Shown one piece after another: positions 35,401-35,760 of a stretch of 35,760 bases of DNA; the first letter of the stretch is position 1, and the number at the start of each line of letters is the position of its first letter. The stretch lies in NCBI GenBank assembly GCA_003990765.1, contig RBNJ01000240.1, positions 1-35,760 of the forward strand, written 5' to 3'. The position numbers were made by a program, and so were the translations under genes. Source of the stretch: Jimgerdemannia flammicorona. Its lineage: Eukaryota. The notes beneath the pieces are model-generated. The model made no database searches. It was not told the DNA's origin and saw nothing but the letters and a program-made list of their open reading frames with translations.

Positions 35401-35726
35401 ACTGCTGGGGAGTGCTCCCTTAGTTGAGTTCGACATTGGTGATGGGATGGAATGCCAAAGGGGACCAGGCCAGGATCTGTGGCCTAGCGGTTGGCAAGGA
35501 GTTGGAATTGGTGAGGAGTGGAACTGGCATAGTGTTTGGACCTGGAGCACTGCAGTGAGAGCATGGCTGCCACCAAAGTACTGGGTGGTCTGGTGGCACA
35601 TGCTGCGGAGGAATGTTATGCTCAATTTTCACTCAGGGCACCTGGTTGTAGGGGGTTGCTTCGACTGTGAGGAGTGCTATAATGTAGGGCAGGAGGGGGG
35701 TTATGTACAGATGCCGGAACATTGGC

Positions 35727-35728
<2 letters not shown>
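32498..35728 (+). pseudogene. LINE ORF2 (APE endonuclease plus reverse transcriptase), disrupted
   Basis: SLNVNGL, LLQD, GGDFN, WSDH; APGEDGLP, LDQEKAYD, GVPQGDPLSP, AFADD; CFDCEEC...PEHWL. Confidence 0.95.

Positions 35729-35760
<32 letters not shown>
35729..35760 (-). repeat. T homopolymer running to the window edge, probably an antisense poly(A) tail
   Basis: Replaces the expected EEC continuation after PEHWL that is seen in the minus-strand LINE copy. Confidence 0.6.

Larger units (their letters stand above)
30374..35728 (+). mobile_element. L1/Tx1-like LINE, younger copy; 3' end not in the window
   Basis: Short 5' UTR, ORF1, 33-nt spacer, then ORF2 with APE endonuclease, RT and a C-terminal Cys/His motif. 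Confidence 0.95.

Overview
This is a eukaryotic, transposon-saturated window, most likely fungal. No host gene was found. It contains: (1) Ty3/Gypsy element A on the minus strand (1283-18511; 447-bp LTRs, CTAT target-site duplication [TSD]; gag-PR-Cys module-dUTPase-RT-RH-IN plus an extra 144-aa ORF3); (2) Ty3/Gypsy chromovirus element B nested in A's RT (3997-14571, minus; 2033-bp LTRs, CTCGG/CTTGG TSD; long gag leader-gag-dUTPase-Cys module-PR-RT-RH-IN-chromodomain); (3) AT-rich decayed DNA holding a foldback element, a bare poly(A) insertion with a 14-bp TSD and a heavily mutated Copia relic; (4) four pieces of one L1/Tx1-like LINE family. Most ORFs are broken by C>T/G>A changes. The main novelty is an accessory toolkit shared by the two structurally different Gypsy elements. 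Both carry a dUTPase, a small Cys/His module and a homologous uncharacterised helical protein, each in a different position. In B that protein is part of a ~410-aa gene lying entirely within the LTR U3 region. All alignments and counts were done by eye.
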